Source: Deltaproteobacteria bacterium (GTDB lineage: Bacteria; UBA10199; SPLOWO2-01-44-7). From it: 47,562 nt of DNA. A program made the position numbers and the translations under genes. Shown one piece after another: positions 8,568 through 16,570 of this stretch. The number at the start of each line of letters is the position of its first letter. The first letter of the stretch is position 1. Where the stretch lies: assembly GCA_016203765.1 (NCBI GenBank), contig JACQMB010000148.1:1-47562 (forward strand), in the 5' to 3' direction. Under the pieces are notes generated by a model. It ran no database searches. It had not been told where the DNA came from and saw only the letters and a list, made by a program, of their open reading frames with translations.

Positions 8568-9269
8568 TCACACCACTCCTTTCCAGTCAAACGATTCCTT
8601 TAGGCCGTAGGCGGTGCGGCCGGCTTGAGCACCCTTTACAATCTCGCGATGGAGGACCCAGCCTTTTAACGGAACTCTGGTTTGGACCAGGGTTTCGGTT
8701 GCTTTCGGTTCAAAAAGGCCTCCCCATTGCAGGCGGTCTTTCAAAAAGCGCAGGCCGAAGAAGGTTTGTTTGGGATCGGCCTTCCAGTCAATCCGTCCGC
8801 CTTGGCCGTCAGCCGCCAGCAGTAACGAATAACAAAACGGGACCTGGAGTTTTTTGAAAGTGGAAGTAATCAGTCTCCCTTGTTCGGAAACACCATGGCC
8901 AGTTTTTAAAACCTCCGAGCCGATCCGGCCGGAGACCAGCCGGAGGGTGTGATACTGAAATTTCACCATCCCCAGGGCAAGCGTTCGTTTGGCCAGAGGG
9001 TTTGGAACAAACTCCAGAGAAAAATCGACAGGCGTTTTTCCGGAAAGCCTCCAATGCGCCTTGGTTTCAAAAATCAAGTCCTTCATCTCTTCGGCGGCAA
9101 AGTGGTGGAGTTTTTGTTTCTTCACGTTATAAAAAGTGGCGTTTTCAAAACGGGTGCCGTAAAAAGGGAAGTGAATTTTGCGTTTGCCCAGCAGGACGAT
9201 CCATTCTTCTCCCGAAAGCGTTTTGAGAATCAAAAACAGATGATGGTTGCCTGTTTTTACAATAAACAT
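8568..9269 (-). CDS. Hypothetical protein
   Basis: 233-aa ORF whose start lies 2 nt after the stop of the ALDH gene. Composition is non-repetitive and protein-like. I recognise no motif. Confidence 0.55.
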   Translation of the reverse strand: MFIVKTGNHHLFLILKTLSGEEWIVLLGKRKIHFPFYGTRFENATFYNVKKQKLHHFAAEEMKDLIFETKAHWRLSGKTPVDFSLEFVPNPLAKRTLALGMVKFQYHTLRLVSGRIGSEVLKTGHGVSEQGRLITSTFKKLQVPFCYSLLLAADGQGGRIDWKADPKQTFFGLRFLKDRLQWGGLFEPKATETLVQTRVPLKGWVLHREIVKGAQAGRTAYGLKESFDWKGVV

Positions 9270-9270
9270 A

Positions 9271-10632
9271 TCAGCCGAAGAAAAACCGGATCAGGCGCCG
9301 GGTTAATTTTTGAGCCCACGCGGTGTAGGGAAACCACCAAAACTCGCGGTGGCGGACAATGGGCAGACTGAACCGATGCCAAAAAATTGTTTGCGGACGG
9401 GTAAATTGCAACAGCCCTTCGCGGGAGTGACGCACGCCAAGGCCGGAGAGCTTCCAGCCCCCAAACGGGGCGTCCATGATCATAAAGTGGTCCATCACGT
9501 CGTTGACGGAGACGTTTCCGGATTCAACTTGTTTGGCGATCCGAAGGGCGCGGCGCCGGTCGCGCGAAAAAATCACCGCGCTCAAACCGCTGGTCGAATC
9601 GTTGGCCAGTTTTAACGCCTCCGCTTCGTTGCCAAAAGCCATGATGGGGAGGAGAGGCCCGAACGATTCTTCTTTCATCACCCGCATCGTGTGATTAACG
9701 TTGGTCAGAATGCCGGGCTCCATTATTTTTGCCCCCTTGGTTAGGGCCTCTTCCTTGAGTTCCTTGATATGTTGCGCGGTTTTTGGCGCCGTGAGGGGGC
9801 TTAAATTTTGCGGATTTAATTCCTGGGCGAGGCGGACCACCTCGTCTAAAAACGCCGGCGCAATCCTTTGATCCACATAGACACGCTCCACCGCGATGCA
9901 ATGCTGGCCGGAGTGGGCGAAGCGACCCCAGACGCAGGCCCGCGCCGCGCGCGCGAGGTCGGCATCCTCCAAAACAATCATTGGGGCCTTCCCGCCTAAT
10001 TCGAGGATACAGGGTTTTAAAAGCTCGCCGGCCTTGGCCGCGACTTTTCTGCCTACGGCTGTTGAACCCGTAAAAAAGATACAATCGACCTGTTCAATCA
10101 GTTGACCGCCAACTTCGCCGCCGCCTTGGATGATTTGCAAAAGCCCGGCCGGTAGTCCCGCTTCCGCCGCCAGTTTGGCGCCGACCTCGGCCGACTTCGG
10201 CGTATGCTCCGAAGGTTTGACAACCACCGCGTTGCCGGCCATCAGGGCGGGGATGGCGTCGCCGATGGTCAGAGAAAACGGGAGATTGGAAGGGCCGAGG
10301 ATTCCCACCACGCCGTGGGGAACGTGCAAAACACGCACCCCCTTATTTTTAAACATCCAATGGGTCTGCGCCCGCCGCGGTTTTAAAAACTTTTTGGCCT
10401 TTTTGCGGTAATAATCGGCGGTCATCAACACCGTGGCGATTTCAATCCCCAAGGCTTCAATGGCCGGTTTCTTCGTGTCCTCCCTGATCGCGGCGATAAT
10501 TTCGTCCTGTTTCTTTACAATGAGTTTTTGAAATTTTTTGAGCCAGCGGGCGCGTTCCGTTATGGAAACAGCCGCCCATTCTTTTTGCGCGGCGCGGGCA
10601 TGATCGATTATCGGTTGGTTAAGAGTCCCCAC
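9271..10632 (-). CDS. NAD(P)-dependent aldehyde dehydrogenase (class-3-like length)
   Basis: ELGGKAP, catalytic Cys in HSGQHCIAVERVYV, FTGSTAVGRKV. GTG start at 10632. Confidence 0.88.
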   Translation of the reverse strand: MGTLNQPIIDHARAAQKEWAAVSITERARWLKKFQKLIVKKQDEIIAAIREDTKKPAIEALGIEIATVLMTADYYRKKAKKFLKPRRAQTHWMFKNKGVRVLHVPHGVVGILGPSNLPFSLTIGDAIPALMAGNAVVVKPSEHTPKSAEVGAKLAAEAGLPAGLLQIIQGGGEVGGQLIEQVDCIFFTGSTAVGRKVAAKAGELLKPCILELGGKAPMIVLEDADLARAARACVWGRFAHSGQHCIAVERVYVDQRIAPAFLDEVVRLAQELNPQNLSPLTAPKTAQHIKELKEEALTKGAKIMEPGILTNVNHTMRVMKEESFGPLLPIMAFGNEAEALKLANDSTSGLSAVIFSRDRRRALRIAKQVESGNVSVNDVMDHFMIMDAPFGGWKLSGLGVRHSREGLLQFTRPQTIFWHRFSLPIVRHREFWWFPYTAWAQKLTRRLIRFFFG

Positions 10633-11009
10633 AAGCCGGTTTGCCCCTTAATATGGCCGAACAAAATCCCTTTCAGCCATTTTCCGACCATAAGCAAAAT
10701 AAAGGGATATGTTAAGAAAAGAAAAAGGCCAAAAAGATTCCAGAAGCCGTAGGGATTTTGGTAGGTGGGCGTGGGAATCAGTCCCGGTTTGACAATCCCC
10801 ATGGTATCGAGCCAGGAGTACCACATGAAATGATTGCCGCCCGGCCCCCAGACATCCCAGTAGAGCCCGCCGGAGACGAGCCAGAACATCGCCAGAGTAA
10901 AAATGCCCCATCTCCAATAATGCCATTTTCTTTTGGCGGAGAGCCAGGCCAGCAAAACCCCAAGCGCGGGGAGAAAAATCGGGATGTCGAAAATAAAACT
11001 TAACAGCAT
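10608..11009 (-). CDS. Small Trp-rich integral membrane protein, unknown family
   Basis: 133 aa with 3-4 hydrophobic segments. It overlaps both neighbours (25 nt and 10 nt) in the co-directional array. Confidence 0.55.
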   Translation of the reverse strand: MLLSFIFDIPIFLPALGVLLAWLSAKRKWHYWRWGIFTLAMFWLVSGGLYWDVWGPGGNHFMWYSWLDTMGIVKPGLIPTPTYQNPYGFWNLFGLFLFLTYPFILLMVGKWLKGILFGHIKGQTGLWGLLTNR

Positions 11010-12079
11010 AACAGGTTCTTTTTATACCATTCGAGGTTATACTCCAAGGCCCCATCCTTGATGATGCCGCGGTATTTGATGACGGCCTGCCCCGATTTTT
11101 CAATCAGGCGGTCGAGTTTTTCGTTCGACATTAAAAAGTGATAGCCGGGCCTAAAAAAGTTCAAAAACGGCCGCTCCACTGTCGGCTCCCGTTTTTGAAA
11201 TTTCGCCAAGGTTTCGCACCAGAGACCGAGCAGGTAAATGATGGGAAGATAAAAATGAAGCCGGGGGGTAAAGTTGAGGGGGAGGTTGCGGGCGCGCATC
11301 CAGTGGGCGATGTGAATCATCAATTCCTCGAGCGTATGGTTCGAACGGTCGGCCACGTTGTAGATTTGGCCCGCCGCCTCCGGCTGACCAGCCAAAAAGT
11401 AGGCAACGCGGGCCAAATCTTCGACATGGATAAAACTGAACCGGTTCTTGCCCCGGCCCGGCACGGCGTGGAGCTGATTTTTGAACATCATCTGAATGAC
11501 CTTGAGGGCGCCGTAGGTGCCGGCCGGGCCGCCATACTCGATCCCGCTTCCGTAGATGGCGGCCGGACGGATGACGGTGACCGGCAGGCGGTCTTGGTAG
11601 GTTAAGGCAAGTTCTTCGGCCAGCAGTTTTGATTTTTCGTAAAAACTTCTGGGATCGGCGAGGGCGGTTTCGTCCAGGTGCTCCGAGCCCTTGAAGGTGT
11701 GCCCCAAAACGGAGCCGGAACTCCAGACCACCACACTTTTTAGATTGGGAATTTTAAGGGCCCCCTCCAGGACATTGCGGGTCCCTTCCACATTGATCGA
11801 ATAATAGGTCTGCCAGGGGCCGTGGTAGCGAAAGTAGGCGGCGACGTGAAAAAGAATATCGGGTTGAACTTCCGCGACATAATCGGTGATCGCTTTGGGG
11901 TCTCGAATATCCAGGTCCAGTTTGAGAGACGCCTTGGGATCGAGAAATTTTTGGTAGCGGTCGGAAAAGTCGGTGGCAAAGACCTCGTGGCCCAGGCGCA
12001 CGCCGAGGTTGACCACCGAGGGGCCGACAAAACCGCAGGCGCCGGTAACAAGGATGCGTGCCATTCGCTTTAATCCCAC
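11000..12079 (-). CDS. NAD-dependent epimerase/dehydratase (extended SDR, 3-beta-HSD-like)
   Basis: ILVTGACGFVGPSVV Rossmann motif, YEKSK (YxxxK), 359 aa. Confidence 0.85.
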   Translation of the reverse strand: MGLKRMARILVTGACGFVGPSVVNLGVRLGHEVFATDFSDRYQKFLDPKASLKLDLDIRDPKAITDYVAEVQPDILFHVAAYFRYHGPWQTYYSINVEGTRNVLEGALKIPNLKSVVVWSSGSVLGHTFKGSEHLDETALADPRSFYEKSKLLAEELALTYQDRLPVTVIRPAAIYGSGIEYGGPAGTYGALKVIQMMFKNQLHAVPGRGKNRFSFIHVEDLARVAYFLAGQPEAAGQIYNVADRSNHTLEELMIHIAHWMRARNLPLNFTPRLHFYLPIIYLLGLWCETLAKFQKREPTVERPFLNFFRPGYHFLMSNEKLDRLIEKSGQAVIKYRGIIKDGALEYNLEWYKKNLLCC

Positions 12080-13011
12080 AGCCGGGTGCTAAAATACCGC
12101 TCTCCAATGTCGTTGAGCAAGGTGACAATACAGCCCTTTTTTATTTTTTTGGCAACCTGATAGGCAACATGCAGGTAGGCGCCGGAGGACTGGCCGACGA
12201 ACAGTCCTTTGAGGGCGAGTTTCCTGCAGATTTCGGCGGCCGGTTCAATGCCGACGGCGATTTTTTGGTCGACAAGGGTTTGGTCGAAAATTTCCGGGAT
12301 GATGTTTCCTGGGCCAAGGGATTTGAGGCCTTCAATGCCGGGAAACTCCTCCGCATCGGCCAGCACAATTTGCACGTCTTTGCCGGCCTCTTTCAGGCGC
12401 CGGCCACAGCCGGTAATCGTGCCACCGGTTCCCACACCGCTGACAAAGTGGGTGATGGTCTCCGGCACCTGTTTCAAAATTTCTGCGGCAGTGGTTTCAA
12501 AATGGGCGTGCCAGTTGTTGGCATTTTTGTATTGGTCGGGGAGAAAATATTTTTTGGGATCGGCTTGATGGCGCTGATGGCAAACCCGGATAGCTTCATC
12601 GTAGCCCTTGACCGGATCGGTCTCGATGATCTTGGCGCCGTGGGCTTGGATGCGCTTTTTCCTCTCTACGCTGGCGTTTCCGGGGAGGACGATTTCCACC
12701 GGAAATCCCAGCATCGCCCCGATGGCCGCATAGGCAATCCCGGCATTGCCGGAGGAGGAATCGAGAATAGTTTTGCCTTTTGCAAGCTCTCCCGATTCGA
12801 GAGCCGCCAAAAGCATATGTCTCACCGGCCGGTCTTTCAAAGACCCGCCGGGGTTGGCAAATTCGCATTTGGCGAAAATCGAAACCCCCGGGCACTCTTT
12901 TTCAAACAGGTTTATCCGAATCAGCGGCGTATTCCCGATGGCGGCCAGGGCCGGATATTTTTCCAGCCATTTTTTGAGGTTGGGCATCAATCTAGAAAAC
13001 CTTTCCATCAA
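12070..13011 (-). CDS. cysM: Cysteine synthase, PLP-dependent (CysM-type by context)
   Basis: NTPLIRIN, ANPGGSLKDRP (PLP lysine), SSSGNAGIA, SGVGTGGTITG. It is linked to sulfur-carrier genes upstream. Confidence 0.85.
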   Translation of the reverse strand: MMERFSRLMPNLKKWLEKYPALAAIGNTPLIRINLFEKECPGVSIFAKCEFANPGGSLKDRPVRHMLLAALESGELAKGKTILDSSSGNAGIAYAAIGAMLGFPVEIVLPGNASVERKKRIQAHGAKIIETDPVKGYDEAIRVCHQRHQADPKKYFLPDQYKNANNWHAHFETTAAEILKQVPETITHFVSGVGTGGTITGCGRRLKEAGKDVQIVLADAEEFPGIEGLKSLGPGNIIPEIFDQTLVDQKIAVGIEPAAEICRKLALKGLFVGQSSGAYLHVAYQVAKKIKKGCIVTLLNDIGERYFSTRLWD

Positions 13012-14179
13012 AAAGTTCCCTTAGAAAATCCTCGACGGGATAAACTTCCACATCGTCAAAGTAATAGCGTTCTTTGCCGCAATAAACGCCAATCATTTTT
13101 TCAACTTTTATTTTGCCCGTCTCCGCAAGGGAGCGCATCGCCCCCTCCCATTTCCTCTGCCAGTGTTTGGCGTATTTGGCCTCAATGCAGATCACTCCGG
13201 CTTTGGAAGCGGAGGCCCTTTTTTTTGTCTCAATGACAAAATCGATTTCCGCGCCGCCCGCCGTTCGGTAGTAAAACAGAGGCCGATGTTTAGAAGATAT
13301 CTGGTTGAAAACCCTAAGTTCGTGAAAAAGCAGGGTTTCCAAAGACCACCCCAGCCAGTCTGCCGCCGCGGGATTAAAAAGGAGCCCCGCCGCGCCCCTC
13401 GCCACACCGGCATCAAACCAGTAGAATTTGGGATGGGCCTGCTCTCTGACTTTTGCCTGCGGCCGGAAAGGGGGGAGGAAATGGCCAAGCAGTGTATCCT
13501 CCAGAATGGAAAAATAGACGTCCACCGTTGACCGGGGGACTTTTGCATCCCGGGAAATATTTTCTTTATTCAAAATCTGGCCGTTGACAATTCCGGCCAC
13601 CTCCAAAAAACGGATGAAAGGCTCGGTATTGCGCACCAGTCCCTCTTCCTTGATTTCTTCCCGAATATAGGTGTGGACATAGGCTTGAAGGATTGCCGAC
13701 GCCTCTTTGGGATGCAACACGACAAGCGGCAGGCTTCCCCATTGGAGCCGCTCTTCCAGATGAAATCGGTCGCGGATTTCGGGATAGGCGAATCCCTCCA
13801 TGTGAAGGGTAACAGCCCGTCCGGCCAGAAGGTCGGCGCTGCCTCGCTTGAGTTTGCGGGCGGAGGAACCGCTCAAGGCGAAGCGGTAATCCCCTTTCCC
13901 CATCAGACGGTGGACTTCGTTCAAAAGGGTGGGGATTTTCTGGATCTCATCAATGCAAATCCATGCTTTTTTCAAATGGCCCTTTATTTTAGCCTCCAAC
14001 AGGGAAGGGTCACGGCTTAATTCCAAAAATGTCCCTGTCTCCAGAAGATCGAAGCGGATTGCGCCCTCGAGATTTTGCTCCAGCCAGACGCTTTTCCCCA
14101 CGGAACGGGGTCCGAAGAGGAAGAAGGAGAGTTTTGGCAGCGGAAGCAACCTTGGGAGGGTCCCCGGCATAGAGTGCAA
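12992..14179 (-). CDS. AAA+ ATPase of the AAA_14/DUF4143 type with a PD-(D/E)xK-like C-terminus
   Basis: Walker A is FGPRSVGKS and Walker B is WICIDEIQK. The C-terminal AEIDFVIE...VICIEAKYAK looks like a D...ExK nuclease motif. Confidence 0.8.
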   Translation of the reverse strand: MHSMPGTLPRLLPLPKLSFFLFGPRSVGKSVWLEQNLEGAIRFDLLETGTFLELSRDPSLLEAKIKGHLKKAWICIDEIQKIPTLLNEVHRLMGKGDYRFALSGSSARKLKRGSADLLAGRAVTLHMEGFAYPEIRDRFHLEERLQWGSLPLVVLHPKEASAILQAYVHTYIREEIKEEGLVRNTEPFIRFLEVAGIVNGQILNKENISRDAKVPRSTVDVYFSILEDTLLGHFLPPFRPQAKVREQAHPKFYWFDAGVARGAAGLLFNPAAADWLGWSLETLLFHELRVFNQISSKHRPLFYYRTAGGAEIDFVIETKKRASASKAGVICIEAKYAKHWQRKWEGAMRSLAETGKIKVEKMIGVYCGKERYYFDDVEVYPVEDFLRELFDGKVF

Positions 14180-14192
14180 TTATATGTATATC

Positions 14193-14236
14193 TTGTAAAA
14201 ATACAATACGAATTTACAGTTTATTGTAGAAATACA
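14193..14236. promoter_or_regulatory. Cluster of TGTA-N(4-6)-TACA palindromes (operator-like) in an AT-rich divergent intergenic region
   Basis: TTGTAAAAATACAA (14193-14206), TACAGTTTATTGTA (14215-14228), TGTAGAAATACA (14225-14236). Confidence 0.35.
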
Positions 14237-14397
14237 GCAAGCGCCCCCTGGCGGCACTACAAAAAATATGGCTGAAGCCATTGAAATTATTAGACTTCTT
14301 TTTCTCTCTCAATTTTTTTTGATTTTTTACGCAACTTTTTGTTAGAAGTGACGATAACTATAGTGCATGGTGAAGAGAATTCTACAAGGAGGTAGCT

Positions 14398-14673
14398 ATG
14401 GCTGATTTGCCTACAATGTTTGCTGGCCTTACAAGGAGGGAGAACTCGGCCCTCGACCGAGGGTATACTGTTATGGATAGGGTGATTTTGAAAGCAGAAA
14501 AAAAAGGCACTCCTTTAACAGACGAATATCTTGAGAAAACCCTGGATAAACTGGCCGCGAAATGCTGGAACCCTAAATCTCGAGAGCCCATCCGACCCAG
14601 AACGGTCGCCGTTTACAACTGTGGGGCAGCTTGGGCCCTTCAACATGAAATTACAAGAAGGGAAAAGAAGTAA
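14398..14673 (+). CDS. Small hypothetical protein (91 aa), orphan on the opposite strand to its neighbours
   Basis: Strong RBS AAGGAGGT 6 nt upstream of the ATG. It sits at the end of an AT-rich segment. No motif recognised. Confidence 0.55.
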   Translation: MADLPTMFAGLTRRENSALDRGYTVMDRVILKAEKKGTPLTDEYLEKTLDKLAAKCWNPKSREPIRPRTVAVYNCGAAWALQHEITRREKK

Positions 14674-14678
14674 AGTTT

Positions 14679-15836
14679 TTACACCCGGCAAAATTGTTCG
14701 TAGTCAATAAACCCCGGAAATTTTTTCCCTTCGGCGCAGTAGGGGCATTGGGGATCGCGCTGGAGTTTTAGTTCGCGGAATTGGGCTTTCAAAGCATCAT
14801 AACAAATCAGCCGGCCGACCAATGTCTCTCCTTTTCCCAAAATAATTTTGATCGTCTCGACCGCCTCCAGCATTCCGATCACGCCGGGCAAAACACCCAA
14901 CACACCGGCGTCGGCGCAGGAGGGGGCCAATTCAGGAGGCGGCGGTTCGGGATACAAACAACGGTAGCAGGGCCCGCGCCCCGGCCAAAAAACGGTGGCC
15001 TGGCCTTCAAAACGATAAACACTCCCGTGGACATTCGGTTTTCTCAGTAAGACGCAAGCATCGTTGACCAAATAACGAGTTGGAAAATTGTCGCTCCCGT
15101 CGACAATCACATCATAGGGTTTAAAAATGGCCTCCACGTTTTGGCTTGAAAGCCGGACCGGATCCGTTTCAATTTGAATATGCGGGTTGAGGGCCAATAA
15201 GGTCTGTTTGGCCGATTCGACTTTCATTTTTCCAACGCGATCGTGGGTGTGCAAAATTTGCCGGTGCAAATTGGAGGCATCCACTTTGTCAAAATCGACG
15301 ATGCCGATCGTCCCCACACCGGCCGCGGCCAGATAAAAAGCGGCCGGGCAACCCAAACCCCCCGCCCCTACCATCAACACTTTCGCCTTTTTCAGTTTCA
15401 TCTGTCCCGCCTCACCCACTTCCGGGATGGTGACGTGACGGGCGTAATAAGTTTTTTCTTCACTCGACAAAGTTTCGGGAATTTCAAAGGGAAGCCCCGC
15501 CTCCTTCCAGGCCTTGAAGCCGCCGCTCATGGAGCAGACGTTGGTGTAACCGAGGTCGCGGAGCGTTTTGGCGGAGAGGAGTGAGCGCATTCCCCCCGCG
15601 CAATGGCAGACAACCGGCGTCGATTTGTCGGGAACGAGGGTTTCGATTTTGAATTCCAGAAAGCCGCGCGGGATGTGGATGGCGCCGGGGATGCGGGCCT
15701 CTTTCCATTCGTCCGGTTCGCGGACGTCAATGATCACCGTGGCGGAATTTTTCTCCTTTTTTGCCTTGGCTTCAACCGGGGATACCTCCGGCACCTTGCC
15801 TTTGAGCGAGTTTAAAATGTCTTGGCAGGTTGGCAT
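14679..15836 (-). CDS. Sulfur-carrier-protein adenylyltransferase/sulfurtransferase (ThiF/MoeB E1-like) with an N-terminal rhodanese domain
   Basis: Residues 1-120 form a rhodanese domain with active loop CHCAGGMRS. The ThiF domain follows: VGAGGLGCPAAFYLAAAGVG, DASNLHRQ, and Zn cysteines CYRC...CPYC. Confidence 0.88.
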   Translation of the reverse strand: MPTCQDILNSLKGKVPEVSPVEAKAKKEKNSATVIIDVREPDEWKEARIPGAIHIPRGFLEFKIETLVPDKSTPVVCHCAGGMRSLLSAKTLRDLGYTNVCSMSGGFKAWKEAGLPFEIPETLSSEEKTYYARHVTIPEVGEAGQMKLKKAKVLMVGAGGLGCPAAFYLAAAGVGTIGIVDFDKVDASNLHRQILHTHDRVGKMKVESAKQTLLALNPHIQIETDPVRLSSQNVEAIFKPYDVIVDGSDNFPTRYLVNDACVLLRKPNVHGSVYRFEGQATVFWPGRGPCYRCLYPEPPPPELAPSCADAGVLGVLPGVIGMLEAVETIKIILGKGETLVGRLICYDALKAQFRELKLQRDPQCPYCAEGKKFPGFIDYEQFCRV

Positions 15837-15844
15837 CGGTTATT

Positions 15845-16168
15845 TTACTCCGCAAATCCTTCGGATTTGCTTCGCGGCCCGATTTGTCGGGCCTTGATGC
15901 CTCCCGCGATCGCGGGAAAAATCGAAATCACGTCGTTTTCCTTTACCTTTGTTTTAACGCCGTCGCCGTGACGGATGTCGGTCGCGCCGACAAAAACATT
16001 GATAAAGCGCCGGACGTTGCCCGTCTCATCCAGAATTTTGCCGCCGATCCCCTTGTATTCGGCGTCCAGATTTTTCAAAACCTCGGCGACCGTTGTGCCG
16101 GCGCAGGCCACCTCGTCTTTGCCCTTGGTGAAGGTTCGCAACGGTGTGGGGATTCGAACTTTAGCCAT
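15845..16168 (-). CDS. ThiS/MoaD/CysO-like sulfur carrier with an internal Gly-Gly and a 17-aa C-terminal extension
   Basis: The ubiquitin-like core ends ...ISIFPAIAGG and is followed by IKARQIGPRSKSEGFAE before the stop. It overlaps the JAMM gene by 8 nt. Confidence 0.8.
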   Translation of the reverse strand: MAKVRIPTPLRTFTKGKDEVACAGTTVAEVLKNLDAEYKGIGGKILDETGNVRRFINVFVGATDIRHGDGVKTKVKENDVISIFPAIAGGIKARQIGPRSKSEGFAE

Positions 16169-16568
16169 TTGTGACCTCCAATTTTTCCTCGGTCATTCTA
16201 TCTCCATTTAATCGCCAGCACTTAATTTTTTCAACCTTTCCCTTATAGACGGAAACGATCAGATAGCAATACCCCTCCCAGGCCCGCTCCGTATCGGTTT
16301 GGGAGGCATCGGGTGGATGGTCGGGGTGGGAGTGATAAAAGCCAATGATTTCAAGACATTGGCGGCGGGCTGACTCATCGGCGGCCTTAAAGTCGGCCGG
16401 GTCGAGTTCATAACGATCGCTGGCCCGCTCCTGATTCAAATTTCTGGCCGGAAAGATTTGCTCAACCTTTTTGGTCTTTCCCAAAAGAAGACCGCAGACT
16501 TCGCTGGGATAGCCTCGTTTGCAGAAGGCAATAACTTCTTCAAATTTTTGGGCAGGGAGGGATAGCAC
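16161..16568 (-). CDS. JAMM/MPN+ metalloprotease (Mec+/QbsD-like)
   Basis: EVCG glutamate plus HSHPDHPPDASQTD, an exact HxHx7Sx2D JAMM motif. 135 aa. Confidence 0.88.
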   Translation of the reverse strand: MLSLPAQKFEEVIAFCKRGYPSEVCGLLLGKTKKVEQIFPARNLNQERASDRYELDPADFKAADESARRQCLEIIGFYHSHPDHPPDASQTDTERAWEGYCYLIVSVYKGKVEKIKCWRLNGDRMTEEKLEVTNG

Positions 16569-16570
16569 TA

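Noticed and set aside
10648-11103. 151-aa minus-strand ORF overlapping the membrane-protein and SDR genes in another frame.
   Set aside because: It overlaps two better-supported genes. Its sequence is R/A/G-rich with no membrane or domain features.
12058-13236. 392-aa plus-strand ORF antisense to cysM and the ATPase gene. Similar long antisense ORFs occur at 4676-5404, 19780-20388, 23952-24698, 26290-27114, 33970-34692, 34771-35328, 37233-37907, 40324-41079 and 42460-43056.
   Set aside because: Each lies opposite a gene with unambiguous catalytic motifs. Their translations are R/G/P/F-rich with no motifs or start context. This is the usual open-frame artefact in GC-rich coding DNA.
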